DNA of 64,000 nt, taken from positions 40,879 through 104,878 of the forward strand of contig JBDIVR010000014.1 of assembly GCA_039794265.1 (NCBI GenBank). Direction: 5' to 3'. Below the pieces are notes generated by a model. The model saw only the letters and a list, made by a program, of their open reading frames with translations. It searched no databases and was not told the DNA's origin. A program made the position numbers and the translations under genes. Each line of letters begins with the position of its first letter. Positions within the stretch are counted from its first letter, which is position 1. The stretch is from Myxococcota bacterium. Its GTDB lineage: Bacteria > Myxococcota_A > UBA9160 > PR03. This document shows positions 18,632-28,957 of this stretch, piece after piece.

Positions 18632-21253
18632 TCAATGCGCGCTGCCTCCCGCCGGCGGCGACGCCGCTTCATCGGGCTCCTCGACTTCCGACGGATGCGC
18701 CACCAACGGCAGCTCGATCACGAAAGTCGTTCCTTCGCCGGGCGCCGACCCCACCAGCATACGACCCCCGTGCCGCTCGACGATCCCGTACGAGATCGAC
18801 AGCCCGAGACCGGTGCCCTTCCCCACCGGCTTCGTGGTGTAGAACGGCTCGAAGATCCGCGCCTGGACCTCGGGCGAGATTCCGGGCCCATCGTCGTGGA
18901 ACTCGAGCCGGACACCGGCCGGCTCGAGTTCGCGCGAGCCGGCCACCGCCGCCGCGCCGAGGACTCGGGTCCGGATCCGGATCCGTCCCTTTCCTTCGAG
19001 TGCATCGCACGCATTCATCAACAGGTTCATGAAGACCTGGCTCAGCTGGCCGGCATAGCAGCGCACGCGGGGCAGCTCGCCGTAGTCTCGCACCAGCTCG
19101 ATGCCGTCGCGCAGGCGCGGTTCCATCAACGTCAGGGTGCGGTCGATCTCCTCGTTGAGATCCACGTCCGCCAGGTCGGCCTGGTCCATCCGGGAGAAGG
19201 TGCGCAGGTCCTGCACGATCTTCGTCACGCGCTCGGTACCTTCGCGACTCCGGTTCAGCAGCTTCTCGATCGCCGCCTCGATCTTCGTCGTGTCCTCCCC
19301 GGCTCGATGGGCGGCCGCGAGCCGCCGGCTGTACTCCTGCAGCAGCTGGAGATTCGCATGGACGAATCCGATCGGGTTGTTCAGCTCGTGCGCCACACCC
19401 GCCACCAGCTGCCCGAGCGAGCGCATCTTCTCGCTGTGCATGAGCTGGGCTTGCGCCTCGTGCAGCTCGCGCGTCCGCTCCTCCACGCGCGCCTCGAGCG
19501 TCGCGTTGAGATCGGCGATCTCGTCGAACGCCCGCGAATTCTGGATCGCGATGGAGCTCTGATTCGCGAGCGTCAGCAACAGCTGCCGGTCCTCGGCGCC
19601 GAGACGCTCGCCGGAGTACTTGTGACCGACGCCGATCGCGCCGATCAGCTCGGCGCCATAGGGGATCGGCACGATCAACTCGACCTCGAGCTGGTCGAAG
19701 ACGTCGCGACAGAGCTCGCGGACCTCGAGATCGAGCTCGTCGTCGAAGTCCGACCGCTCGATCGCGTCGCGGCGGGTGAGCAGCCGGCGACACAGCGGAT
19801 GGTCGAGGGCGAGCAGGAAGTCGAGCGATTCCTCCTCCCACGGTCCGCGCGAGGCGGCAGGCGCGAGCTGACTGCGTCCTTCTTCTTGCAGCAGCACGAC
19901 GGCCCGCCCGACCCCCATCGTCTCCGTGAGCGCCACGAGGATGCGATCGACGACTTCCTTCGTCGACAGCATCGAGACCATCGCCTCGGAGATCTCGCGC
20001 AGCGCGCGGCGATAGAGCGCGTGATCCCGGTCGAAGAAGCGATCGACGAGGGCCTGCATGCGATCGCGCAGCGGGTTGAACGCGAGGATCGCGGCGAACA
20101 GGAATCCGACGGAGAACCACGGGGAGCGAGCATTGACGTTGAAACGCGTCACGACCGCGTCGGCGAACGTGATCAGGAACGCATAGACACCCGTAATCGC
20201 GAGCGTGACGGCGCCGTAGCTCGCGCTCGACTTCGCGACGACCCGGATCTCGAAGAGCTGCCTGCGCACGATCCCGTAGCCGACGGCGATCGGGAACACG
20301 AAGAACGAGGCGAAGCCGAGGTGATACGGAAACGATGCCGGCAGCCAGTTCGCCGCCAACAGCGCCAGCATCGCAGGCAGGAAGCTGACGACGGCGCCGA
20401 GCAGCATCACGTCTGCACGATCGGCCGCCTTCGTCTCGCGCAGGTGACTGCGCTCGCGCAGCGCAACGACGAGCGAGCCGGCGCACAGCGCGATCGTGAA
20501 CCAAAGCGCCGCCGGCTTGCCGATGCTGACCGGGAGGCCGAGTGCGCCCTCGCTGGCGGCCAGCAACCCGATCGGCACCGCGAGCAGATACGGCAGGCTG
20601 CGGGCGAGCGGACGCCGCACGATCCAGGGCGGCTCCTCGGGGTAGCTCGTGAACAGGTGGAAGGTGGTAGCGCCGACGAGTGGGAGATTCAGCCAGTAGG
20701 CAAGCCATGGCGACGTGCCCGGCTGCGCCGGCAGCAGCAGCTGGGCGCCCATCACGCTGCAGAACAGGAACAGCGCCCACGTCTCGGCGCGGTCCGGACG
20801 CATCCGCCACACGATGATGCCAACGGCGAGGTACACGAGCCCGATCATCGGGAGCAACCACAACACCAGCGAGAGCGAGCGCGGCGTCAACTCGTCGGAA
20901 GAGACAGGATGGAGCCAGACCGCCAGCTCCCGATCGCTGCCTTCCTTGCGAATCCGATATTCGTTGGTTGCGTCGTTGTGGAAGCGGTCGCGATCCAGCA
21001 GCGCGCGCTCCACCACCTCGCCGTCGATCGCGAGCAACCGGTCGCCTGGCGCGACCCCCTTTGCCCGGGCCTCGTCGGAGAGGGCGCTGATCCGCCAGGG
21101 ATGGGTCGCGAGGCCACCGATCACGAGCGGGGGCGCGATCGCGGGTCGCACGGTCAGGCGGTGCGTGGCGGCAAAGCCGAAAGCGAGCACGGCCCAGGCC
21201 AGCGCCAGAAGGGCGGTGACCCGCCGGAAGCGCAGGGTCGCATTGCGGTTCAT
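18632..21253 (-). CDS. Membrane sensor histidine kinase, paralog of the downstream kinase
   Basis: Same domain order and near-identical H, N and G boxes. Confidence 0.92.
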   Translation of the reverse strand: MNRNATLRFRRVTALLALAWAVLAFGFAATHRLTVRPAIAPPLVIGGLATHPWRISALSDEARAKGVAPGDRLLAIDGEVVERALLDRDRFHNDATNEYRIRKEGSDRELAVWLHPVSSDELTPRSLSLVLWLLPMIGLVYLAVGIIVWRMRPDRAETWALFLFCSVMGAQLLLPAQPGTSPWLAYWLNLPLVGATTFHLFTSYPEEPPWIVRRPLARSLPYLLAVPIGLLAASEGALGLPVSIGKPAALWFTIALCAGSLVVALRERSHLRETKAADRADVMLLGAVVSFLPAMLALLAANWLPASFPYHLGFASFFVFPIAVGYGIVRRQLFEIRVVAKSSASYGAVTLAITGVYAFLITFADAVVTRFNVNARSPWFSVGFLFAAILAFNPLRDRMQALVDRFFDRDHALYRRALREISEAMVSMLSTKEVVDRILVALTETMGVGRAVVLLQEEGRSQLAPAASRGPWEEESLDFLLALDHPLCRRLLTRRDAIERSDFDDELDLEVRELCRDVFDQLEVELIVPIPYGAELIGAIGVGHKYSGERLGAEDRQLLLTLANQSSIAIQNSRAFDEIADLNATLEARVEERTRELHEAQAQLMHSEKMRSLGQLVAGVAHELNNPIGFVHANLQLLQEYSRRLAAAHRAGEDTTKIEAAIEKLLNRSREGTERVTKIVQDLRTFSRMDQADLADVDLNEEIDRTLTLMEPRLRDGIELVRDYGELPRVRCYAGQLSQVFMNLLMNACDALEGKGRIRIRTRVLGAAAVAGSRELEPAGVRLEFHDDGPGISPEVQARIFEPFYTTKPVGKGTGLGLSISYGIVERHGGRMLVGSAPGEGTTFVIELPLVAHPSEVEEPDEAASPPAGGSAH

Positions 21254-21350
21254 CTCGCTCCCGAGGGCACCCGGGCACAGGGTAAGGAGCGAGTCGGCTC
21301 GCCGTCAAACCAGCTGGAGATTCAGCCAGCTGCGGGGGGAACGCGATCCG

Positions 21351-21746
21351 TCAACGTCGCTGATGCCGGGCCTCGAACTCGATCAGCGCGGGGTCGACGA
21401 CCGTGTCGGGTTGGTAGTTGTAGCCGCGGTTGCTGATGGCGACGAAGTCTCCCTCGGCGCCGGACGCACTGGACGCAGCGGCCTGGGCAGCGATGAGAGC
21501 GCGGATCTGCCCGATCCTGGCGCCGGTATCGATCCTCGTGGAGCGCTGGTGCGGATCGTCGAGCCGGCACACAGGAGCGTCGCTCGCTGCGAGCCGATCG
21601 GGGAACAGCGTCGACAGGAAGCCCGTAGCTTCGTCCGGCGAGGCGGGGTGTTCGGCCCGCGCGGAAAGCGATCCCGAGCTCGTGAGAGCCATTCCGACGA
21701 CCAGGAAGATGACGTGAGCAGGGAGTCCGGGCGTGTGGCGGATCAT
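21351..21746 (-). CDS. Hypothetical secreted protein
   Basis: RBS GAGGAGG before the ATG; hydrophobic signal peptide ending in ARA. Confidence 0.55.
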   Translation of the reverse strand: MIRHTPGLPAHVIFLVVGMALTSSGSLSARAEHPASPDEATGFLSTLFPDRLAASDAPVCRLDDPHQRSTRIDTGARIGQIRALIAAQAAASSASGAEGDFVAISNRGYNYQPDTVVDPALIEFEARHQRR

Positions 21747-22195
21747 GGCGGCCTCCTCGAGCGGTTCTCGGCCTTCCATGATCGACCAGCCCGCGAACCG
21801 GCTTGATCCCCGAAATGCGGCTGCGGTCCGAATCTTGCTGACGCAGGGGTTCGCGTTGCACAGCGAGCAGATGCTGCGCCACGTGCGCGAGCGGTGCGAG
21901 GACGCTGCGGGCGGCCTGCGCGGGCGACGCGATCCTGATGACCGGAACGATCGGCGATCCGCTCACGACGAAGCCCTACGGATCCGGCGCCGCGTACATC
22001 GCCTGCATGTCCGATTCCTGCGGCGCCTGCGCCTTCTAGCCGAAGCGCGACTGCCCCGTCACGAGCCCGTATTGGAGCTTTCTCGCCGGGCAGCGCGAGC
22101 AGCTGGGCCCGCCCGGTGTCCCCACTTCAGGGGACGGCTGCCCGCGCCGGCGCCGGTAGCATCCTCTGCGCCTGCGGGCATCAGAGGAGATCGTC

Positions 22196-23128
22196 ATGCC
22201 GAGCGTACCGTTGGTCCTCGGCTGCCTGGCCGGCGCGCTGTTCGCCATCGACGGCCAGGCAGAGGGCGTCCGGGTGAGCGGCTTCGCGCAGGCCGGCGTG
22301 CCCGGCGAGGGCGTGGTGGAGCAGACGTTCGAGGACGAGCCCGCCGACGGGCCCGCCGTCGGCAACGCGGAGGCCACGGCGCAGCGACCCGGCGATACCG
22401 TGTTCGCCGCTGCCTCGACCGAAGCCCGAGCGGAACTCGGGGTGCTCGAGATCACGGCGACCTCCACTGCGAGGGGCGGAGCCTTCTTCCAGTTCCCCCC
22501 GCCCGGCTCGATCGCCACCGGCATCGCCAACCCCGTCCTGGAGTTCGAGGACACGATCCGGTTCCGCGCGCCCGACCCCTCCCTCTCCTTCCAACGCGGG
22601 ACGGCCGTACTCCGTCTCGTGTTGTCGGGACGGAGCGAAGCCTCGGGCAGCGGCGCGCTGATGGGGGACGGCGGCCGCGTGGAGCACGACATCAGGATCG
22701 GACTCGGCGGCTGCCTGGACTGCTCCGACGGCGTCTCGGGCATCCTCTCAGCGACCGCGGGCGGCTTCACCGAGCAGGGCCAGCTGCCACCGCTCGTCTT
22801 CGAGAGCCGGCCGCTCGGATTCTGGTTCGACCAGTTCGTCACCCTGCGGGTCAGCTACAGCGCGATCGTGACGGCGATCGCCAACAGCCCCGATCCGGCG
22901 GTGAGCAACGCGCTCCTCGAGGGAAGGCTGAGCTGGGGCGGGGTCGTCGATCTACGCGCGGACAGCGCGGAGGGGTCGCTGCCCTGCGACGTCGAATCCC
23001 TGAGTGGCATCGACTGGTGTCAGACGGTGCCCGAGCCGAGGGGCGCTGGACTCGCACTGGCGGCAGTGCTCTCCCTGGCCGCGACGGCGCGCCTGCGCCG
23101 GCGACTGCCGGACGCGAGCCGGTCCTAA
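22196..23128 (+). CDS. Secreted protein with a PEP-CTERM-type sorting signal
   Basis: Signal peptide; C-terminal VPEP, hydrophobic helix and RLRRR; RBS AGGAG. Confidence 0.8.
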   Translation: MPSVPLVLGCLAGALFAIDGQAEGVRVSGFAQAGVPGEGVVEQTFEDEPADGPAVGNAEATAQRPGDTVFAAASTEARAELGVLEITATSTARGGAFFQFPPPGSIATGIANPVLEFEDTIRFRAPDPSLSFQRGTAVLRLVLSGRSEASGSGALMGDGGRVEHDIRIGLGGCLDCSDGVSGILSATAGGFTEQGQLPPLVFESRPLGFWFDQFVTLRVSYSAIVTAIANSPDPAVSNALLEGRLSWGGVVDLRADSAEGSLPCDVESLSGIDWCQTVPEPRGAGLALAAVLSLAATARLRRRLPDASRS

Positions 23129-23550
23129 CCCGCCAGCAGCGCCAGCGCGATCGCGCCCCGCGCCGACCAGGCCAGCGTCCGGAACCAGCTGGTCGCGACG
23201 AGGCGGCGCTGTACACCCGGATCGAAGCCGCGCTCGAGCTTCGCGTGCAGGGGAACCTGGATCGCGAACGTCGAGAGCCAGATGGCGGCGAGGAGCCCGG
23301 CACCGGCGACGACGAGCGGGGACCCCGGCTCGACCCACAACAGCAGACCGGCGCTGCCGGCCTCGGCGAGCATCGTCGGGACCACGATGCGATTCGTCCG
23401 ACGGATGTGCTCGCGCTCGTAGACGACGAACCCATCCGCTCCAACCTGCGCGAACAGCGGGTAGTGGACGACCTGCACGAACCAGACGAGCCCCACCATC
23501 GCCCACGTGGCGGCGGCGTGGACGAGGAGGAGAGCAGAATGGGGATCCAC
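23125..23550 (-). CDS. Small multi-TM membrane protein of unknown function
   Basis: Hydrophobic helices; WFVQVVHYPLF, IQVPLH, WFRT. Confidence 0.75.
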   Translation of the reverse strand: MDPHSALLLVHAAATWAMVGLVWFVQVVHYPLFAQVGADGFVVYEREHIRRTNRIVVPTMLAEAGSAGLLLWVEPGSPLVVAGAGLLAAIWLSTFAIQVPLHAKLERGFDPGVQRRLVATSWFRTLAWSARGAIALALLAG

Positions 23551-23581
23551 CGAAACGCGCTCCTCGAGGGCACGACGAGGT

Positions 23582-24490
23582 CTAGAGCTTCTCCGGCACC
23601 GCTTCGCGTTTCGCGCGCTCGTCGTTCGCCCGCTTCGCGCTCATCAGCTCGGGCATCACGCGGTCGAGGTCCGCCAGCGTCCAGGGCCGCTCGGCCTGGA
23701 AGGATCGGATCACCGCGGGCTGCTGCATGATGCCGAGCGTCCCGCGCATCACGTTGAAGATCTGGCCGGTGATGTCGCGGGCGGCGTCCGACGCGAGCCA
23801 CGTGCAGACCGGCGCGATCTGCGCGGGGCTTCGCGTCCATTCGTCTTCGGCGGACTCGTCGCCGCGGCCTTCCATCAACGGGATCGTGAGGCGCGTGGCG
23901 GCGCCAGGCGAGATCGTGTTGACGGTGCAGCCGTACTTGGCGAGCTCGAGCGCCAGCACCCGGGAGAACCCGGCGATGCCGGCCTTGGCGGCGCCATAGT
24001 TCGACTGGCCGAAATTGCCGAACAGGCCCGACACCGACGAGAAGTTGAGGATCCGGGCGCCGCGCCGGTCGTGCTCGCGCAGGTAGCGCGCGAACGGCGC
24101 GGTGCAGCAGAAGTGACCCTTCAGGTGCACGGCCATCACGCCGTCCCAGTCCTGCTCGGTCATCTTGAAGATCGTGCGGTCGCGCAGGATCCCGGCGTTG
24201 TTGACGAGGATGTCGAGTGCGCCGAACGCATCGATCGCGGTCTGGAAGATCGCCTCGCCGCCGGCGACGGTCGCCACCGTGTCGTAGTTCGCGACGGCTT
24301 CCCCGCCGGCAGCACGGATCTCCGCCACGACCTCGTCGGCCACGCGGCCCGCGCCGCTGCCGTCGGCTGCGGCCCCGAGATCGTTCACGACGACCCGGGC
24401 GCCGGCTCGCGCGAAGTCGAGCGCGATCTCGCGCCCGATGCCGCGACCCGCGCCGGTCACCACGGCGACCTTTCCGTCCAGCACGCCCAT
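23582..24490 (-). CDS. Classical SDR oxidoreductase (hydroxyacyl-CoA dehydrogenase-like)
   Basis: TGAGRGIG, NNAGILRD, YGAAK. Confidence 0.93.
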   Translation of the reverse strand: MGVLDGKVAVVTGAGRGIGREIALDFARAGARVVVNDLGAAADGSGAGRVADEVVAEIRAAGGEAVANYDTVATVAGGEAIFQTAIDAFGALDILVNNAGILRDRTIFKMTEQDWDGVMAVHLKGHFCCTAPFARYLREHDRRGARILNFSSVSGLFGNFGQSNYGAAKAGIAGFSRVLALELAKYGCTVNTISPGAATRLTIPLMEGRGDESAEDEWTRSPAQIAPVCTWLASDAARDITGQIFNVMRGTLGIMQQPAVIRSFQAERPWTLADLDRVMPELMSAKRANDERAKREAVPEKL

Positions 24491-24552
24491 CTTTGTCTCC
24501 CTCGTCGCGCGGCGACCCGGTCGTCGGCCCGGCCGGCGCGGCTGCGATCCGC

Positions 24553-25116
24553 TCAGACGGGTTCGTAGCGAATCAGGACACGTTCGCCGCTGTGGAAGCC
24601 GCTGCGCATCTCGTCCCGCCAGCGATCGAACTCACCGGCGTACTTGGTCTCGTACAGCGCGAGCAGGCGATCCAGCACGGCCGCGTCGGTGACGAGGCTC
24701 GCACGCGCGTCGAAGTGCGGCGCCGTTCGGAAGGCCTCGTTGCGTCCGCGCCCGGTGAGCCCCGTCTTCCAGCGCCCGTGGTCCCCGACCCAGACGCGCG
24801 CGCGGTCGAGGCCGCGCTCGCGCAGAGCCGTCGCCTTCCACGAGCCCGGGCGGGTGTTGATCACGACGCCGCCGTCGAGCCAGCCGAACCACACCTCTCC
24901 GTGACAGGTGCTCTCGCGGGCGTCCGCGAGCAGCGGCGAGATGTACACGAACTCGCTCTTCCCGAGTAGCGCCCGGGTCTCCGGCGCGAGCGCCGCGCGC
25001 GGCGCCGTTCCCTCGGCGGCGGGCTGCGCCGAACCGCGCGGCGCCCAGAGCCATGCCGCCGCGCCCGCCGCGACGGCGAGGAAGCGCCGCCGATCCAGCT
25101 CAGATTCCCGATCCAT
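24553..25116 (-). CDS. Tat-signal protein with a possible PPOX/split-barrel flavin-binding-like fold
   Basis: DRRRFLAVAAG Tat motif; EVWF...SWKA...YETKY pattern. Confidence 0.6.
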   Translation of the reverse strand: MDRESELDRRRFLAVAAGAAAWLWAPRGSAQPAAEGTAPRAALAPETRALLGKSEFVYISPLLADARESTCHGEVWFGWLDGGVVINTRPGSWKATALRERGLDRARVWVGDHGRWKTGLTGRGRNEAFRTAPHFDARASLVTDAAVLDRLLALYETKYAGEFDRWRDEMRSGFHSGERVLIRYEPV

Positions 25117-25894
25117 CCAGCTCCTCCCCGACGTGGATTCCACACTCGCGCGTGTCGGCGCTCTCCCACCACCAGCGCCCGGCGCGGATGTCCTCGCCCG
25201 GCTGGATCGCGCGCGAGCACGGCTCGCAGCCGACGGACGGATAGCCCTCGCGGTGCAGCCGGTTCACCGGCACGTTGTGGTCGCGCACGTAGGTCCAGAC
25301 CTGCTCGTCGCTCCAGTCCGCGAGCGGGTTGATCTTGATCCGCCCGCCGTGGCTCGCATCGATCTCGACCTTAGGCGCGTCCCGGCGTGTGACGCTCTGC
25401 TCGCGACGCAGGCCCGCGACCCACGCGTCGATGCCGGCCTCCGCGAAGTAGCGCTGCATCGGCTCGACCTTGCGCAGCCGGCAGCACCACTGGCGATTCT
25501 CGACGGACTCGTAGAACAGGTTCTGCCCGTGGCGTCGCACCATGTCCTCGATGGCGCGCGGATCGGGAAACACCACCTCGACCTGCACGCCGTAGCGATC
25601 GCGCACGCGGTCGACGAGATCGTGCGTCGCCTGCGGCAAGCGGCCGGTATCCAGCATGAACACGCGGGAACTCGGCTCGATGCGCTGCATCATGTCGAGG
25701 ATCACGAGGCCCTCGGGCGCGCCGAACGAGCACGAGAGCACGAGTCGCGGATGGAAGCGCTCGATGCCCCAGCGGAGCAACGCCTCGGCATCGAGCTGCT
25801 CGAGGCGGCCGCTGGCGACTTCGGCGAGGATTTCCGGGGAGAGCCCGGGGCCTGCCGAACGGGCGTCCGCCACGAACGGAATTTCGGTCGCCAT
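25100..25894 (-). CDS. cysH: APS/PAPS reductase (CysH, Fe-S type)
   Basis: DTGRL, CCRLRKVEP, GYPSVGCEPC, GRW, ECGIH. Confidence 0.94.
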   Translation of the reverse strand: MATEIPFVADARSAGPGLSPEILAEVASGRLEQLDAEALLRWGIERFHPRLVLSCSFGAPEGLVILDMMQRIEPSSRVFMLDTGRLPQATHDLVDRVRDRYGVQVEVVFPDPRAIEDMVRRHGQNLFYESVENRQWCCRLRKVEPMQRYFAEAGIDAWVAGLRREQSVTRRDAPKVEIDASHGGRIKINPLADWSDEQVWTYVRDHNVPVNRLHREGYPSVGCEPCSRAIQPGEDIRAGRWWWESADTRECGIHVGEELDGSGI

Positions 25895-25987
25895 CTCTGC
25901 GTCCTCCGGCGGGCTCGCTCTGGGCTCGGCATCCGCGAGGCAATTTCCGACTTTGGAGCGCGCCTGGCAAGTCGGGGATTCCCGATC

Positions 25988-26518
25988 TTACGACCGTATT
26001 TTAGAACCCGCGCTGAGTTCGCCGTGCCACGGTCGCACGGCTCGAGGATCGCGAACGCGCGCGGCGAGCTCGTCTACGCGCGCCCCGTGGACGGGATGGC
26101 GGAGCGCCGGCGCGAGCGACAGCAGCGGCTCGAGCACGAACGGCCGCTCGTCGAGGCGCGGATGCGGCACCTGGAGTCCCGGCTCGTCGATGATCCGGTC
26201 GCCGTACAGCAACAGGTCGAGGTCCAGCGGACGCGCCAACCAGCGCGTGGCCTGGCGCGTGCGGCCCGCCTCCCGCTCGATGTCGAGCAGCGACTCCAGC
26301 AGCGCGCGCGGGTCGAGGCCCGTGCGCAGCTCGACGACGGCGTTCAGGAACGGCCCCTGCGGCGGCGGCCCGACGGGATCGGTCTCGAACACGGGAGACA
26401 GCGCCTCGATGCCGGTGTCCGGGAGCACCGCCAGACGCCGCAGCGCCAGCGCGAAGTGCGCCTCGCGGTCGCCGAGGTTGCTGCCGAGCGACACGAAGAC
26501 GCGCTCGGCCGCGCTCAC
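25988..26518 (-). CDS. folK: 2-amino-4-hydroxy-6-hydroxymethyldihydropteridine diphosphokinase
   Basis: SLGSNLGDR, FLNAV, RPLDLDLL, PHPR, RPFVL; GTG overlaps the upstream stop. Confidence 0.94.
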   Translation of the reverse strand: MSAAERVFVSLGSNLGDREAHFALALRRLAVLPDTGIEALSPVFETDPVGPPPQGPFLNAVVELRTGLDPRALLESLLDIEREAGRTRQATRWLARPLDLDLLLYGDRIIDEPGLQVPHPRLDERPFVLEPLLSLAPALRHPVHGARVDELAARVRDPRAVRPWHGELSAGSKIRS

Positions 26519-27564
26519 TCGGCCGCCAGTCCTGGCTCTATCGGCGCGCCGGTGTCGAGCGCCTCGTCGCCGCGCGTCGCGCGCTCGAGCGTCAGCGGCG
26601 AGCGCTGGAGGAACGCCGCGCTGCGCACCGGACACGGATCGACGCAGCAACCGCGGCAGTGGCGCGGCCGGCACGGGTCGAAGTGGACGATCGCCTCGCC
26701 GGGCAGTTCCGACGCCGCGAGCAGTCGGGCCTCGAGCTGCTCGCTGACGGCGTGCAACCGATCGGCGTCGAAGTAGCGCGGCACCACCACGTGCAGGTCG
26801 ACGTGCTGCGTGGCTCCGGAGCGCCACGCGCGCAGGCTGTGCGCGTCGATGCACCAGGGCTCGCGGTCGCGTTCGAGCGCCTCGACCATCCCGGCCAGCA
26901 GCTCCGGCTCGGCTTCGTCCATCAGCCCGCCGACGGCCTGCCGCACGAGCTGCCAACCGGTCCGCAGGATGTGCGCCGCGACGGCGAGCGCCACGAGCGG
27001 ATCGAGCCGATCCCAGCCGCTCAGCCACACCGCTGCGAGCCCGATGATGACCCCGATGCTCGTCACGACGTCGGTCAGCAGATGTTTGCCGTCGGCGACG
27101 AGCGCCGGCGAATGCGCGCGGCGGCCGATCCGGATCAGGTAGCCGCCGACCGCGGCATTCGCCGCCGTCGCCAGCGAGACGAGCACGAGGCCCACATCGA
27201 GCTGGCGCAGCTGCGGGCCCTCGATGAGCTGGCGGATCGCTTCGCCGGCGATCAGCAACGCGGCGATCGCGATCAGCGTCCCCTCGACGCCCACGGAGAA
27301 GAACTCGACCTTGCCGTGGCCGTACGGGTGGTTGCGATCGGCCGGCTGCATCGAGATGTAGAGGCTGAACAGCAACAGCGCGCCGGCGACGACGTTGACG
27401 ACGGATTCGAGCGCATCCGAGAGCACGGCGGCCGAGCCGGTGAGGCGCCAGGCGACGACCTTCACGCCGAAGACCAGCAGGCCGGTCGCCAGCGCGAGCC
27501 AGCCGGCGCGCAGGCGCGCGGCGTATTCGAGGCGGTCGGCAACGGGAGCGGCGCTGGCGGACAT
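26515..27564 (-). CDS. Cation diffusion facilitator (CDF) transporter
   Basis: SDALES, HPYGHGKVEF, HLLTDV, and a Cys-rich C-terminus. Confidence 0.92.
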   Translation of the reverse strand: MSASAAPVADRLEYAARLRAGWLALATGLLVFGVKVVAWRLTGSAAVLSDALESVVNVVAGALLLFSLYISMQPADRNHPYGHGKVEFFSVGVEGTLIAIAALLIAGEAIRQLIEGPQLRQLDVGLVLVSLATAANAAVGGYLIRIGRRAHSPALVADGKHLLTDVVTSIGVIIGLAAVWLSGWDRLDPLVALAVAAHILRTGWQLVRQAVGGLMDEAEPELLAGMVEALERDREPWCIDAHSLRAWRSGATQHVDLHVVVPRYFDADRLHAVSEQLEARLLAASELPGEAIVHFDPCRPRHCRGCCVDPCPVRSAAFLQRSPLTLERATRGDEALDTGAPIEPGLAAE

Positions 27565-27667
27565 TGCGAGGAGCATAAGAACTCGGCGTCCAACCCGCCG
27601 CGGGACGCCGCGGAGACGGGATCTCGACGACTCGTGGCCCGCGTCCGCCGATCGCTACATTGCGAGC

Positions 27668-28957
27668 GTGTCGCCCCCCCGCTCGCTCCCGCCCGCGCTC
27701 GTGACGGACGTGCCCGGCCCGCGCTCGCGCGCGTTGGCCGCCCGGCTCGCGCGCGTCGAATCGCGCAACGTCACGTGCCTGGCGCCGGAGCCGCCCATAT
27801 TCTGGGAGCGCGCGGCCGGCGCCAACGTCTGGGACGCCGACGGCAATCGCTTCGTCGACCTCGGCGCCGGCTTCGGCGTCGCGAGCGCCGGCCACGCGCA
27901 TCCGCGCATCGTCGCGGCGATCGCCGACCAGGCCGCGACGTTGCTGCACGCGATGGGAGACGTGCACCCGGCCACCGTGAAGGTCGAGCTGCTCGAGCGA
28001 CTGACGGCGCTGTTCCCGGGGCGAGAGGCGGCGCGAGCCGTGCTCGGCTCGTCCGGCTCCGACGCCGTCGAGGCCGCGCTCGAGACCGCGCTGCTCGCCA
28101 CCGGCCGCGCGGGCGTCGTCGCGTTCGAGGGCGCCTACCACGGGCTCTCACTCGGCGCGCTCGACACCACGTGGCGACGCGAGTTCCGCGAGCCGTTCGC
28201 CGCGCGGCTGCCGGGCACGACGGTGTTCGCCCGCTTCGGCGACGCCGCCGACGTCGAGCGCGTGGCGCGCAGCGCGCCACACCCGATCGGCGCCGTGCTC
28301 GTCGAGCCGATCCAGGGCCGCGGCGGCGAGCGGATCCCGCCGGACGGCTTCCTCGCGGCGCTGCGCGCGCTGTGCGATCGCGAGGGCTGGCTGCTGATCG
28401 CCGACGAGATCTACACCGGGCTGGGCCGCACCGGCCGGACCTGGGCCGTCGATCACGAGGCGGTCGTGCCGGACCTGCTGTGCGCCGGCAAGGGGCTCGC
28501 GGGCGGCATGCCGCTGTCCGCGTGCCTCGGCCGTGCGGCCGTGATGGATGCGTGGCCCGCCTGCACGGGAGAGTCGCTGCACACGCAGACGTTCCTCGGC
28601 CACCCGCCCGGCTGCGCGGCGGCGCTCGCCGCGCTGGGCGTCCTCGAAGAGGAGAAGCTGGCCGCGCGGGCTGCTGACGTGGGCCTGCGCGCGCTCGCGC
28701 ACCTGCGCGAGCGCCTCGCACCGGCGCGCCGCACCGGCGCCGTGCGCGACGTGCGCGGGCGCGGGCTGCTGATCGGTGTCGAGTGCCGCGACGGCGAGCG
28801 CGCGCTCGCCGCGTCGCTGGCGGCGCTGCGCCGCGGCGTCATCGTGATCCCGTCGGGAGAGCGCGGCGAGGTGCTGTCGGTGACGCCGCCGCTCGACATC
28901 GAGACCGAGACGCTGCTGCCGGCGCTCGACGTGCTCGCGGACGGGCTCCTTTCGTGA
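27668..28957 (+). CDS. Class III PLP-dependent aminotransferase
   Basis: SGSDAVE, AYHG, EPIQGRGG, DEIYTGLGRTG, GKGLAGG, HTQTF. Confidence 0.92.
   Translation: MSPPRSLPPALVTDVPGPRSRALAARLARVESRNVTCLAPEPPIFWERAAGANVWDADGNRFVDLGAGFGVASAGHAHPRIVAAIADQAATLLHAMGDVHPATVKVELLERLTALFPGREAARAVLGSSGSDAVEAALETALLATGRAGVVAFEGAYHGLSLGALDTTWRREFREPFAARLPGTTVFARFGDAADVERVARSAPHPIGAVLVEPIQGRGGERIPPDGFLAALRALCDREGWLLIADEIYTGLGRTGRTWAVDHEAVVPDLLCAGKGLAGGMPLSACLGRAAVMDAWPACTGESLHTQTFLGHPPGCAAALAALGVLEEEKLAARAADVGLRALAHLRERLAPARRTGAVRDVRGRGLLIGVECRDGERALAASLAALRRGVIVIPSGERGEVLSVTPPLDIETETLLPALDVLADGLLS

Noticed and set aside
21780-22195. About 400-bp intergenic region as a possible ncRNA or small ORF
   Set aside because: No recognisable motif, structure or convincing ORF; probably divergent promoters.
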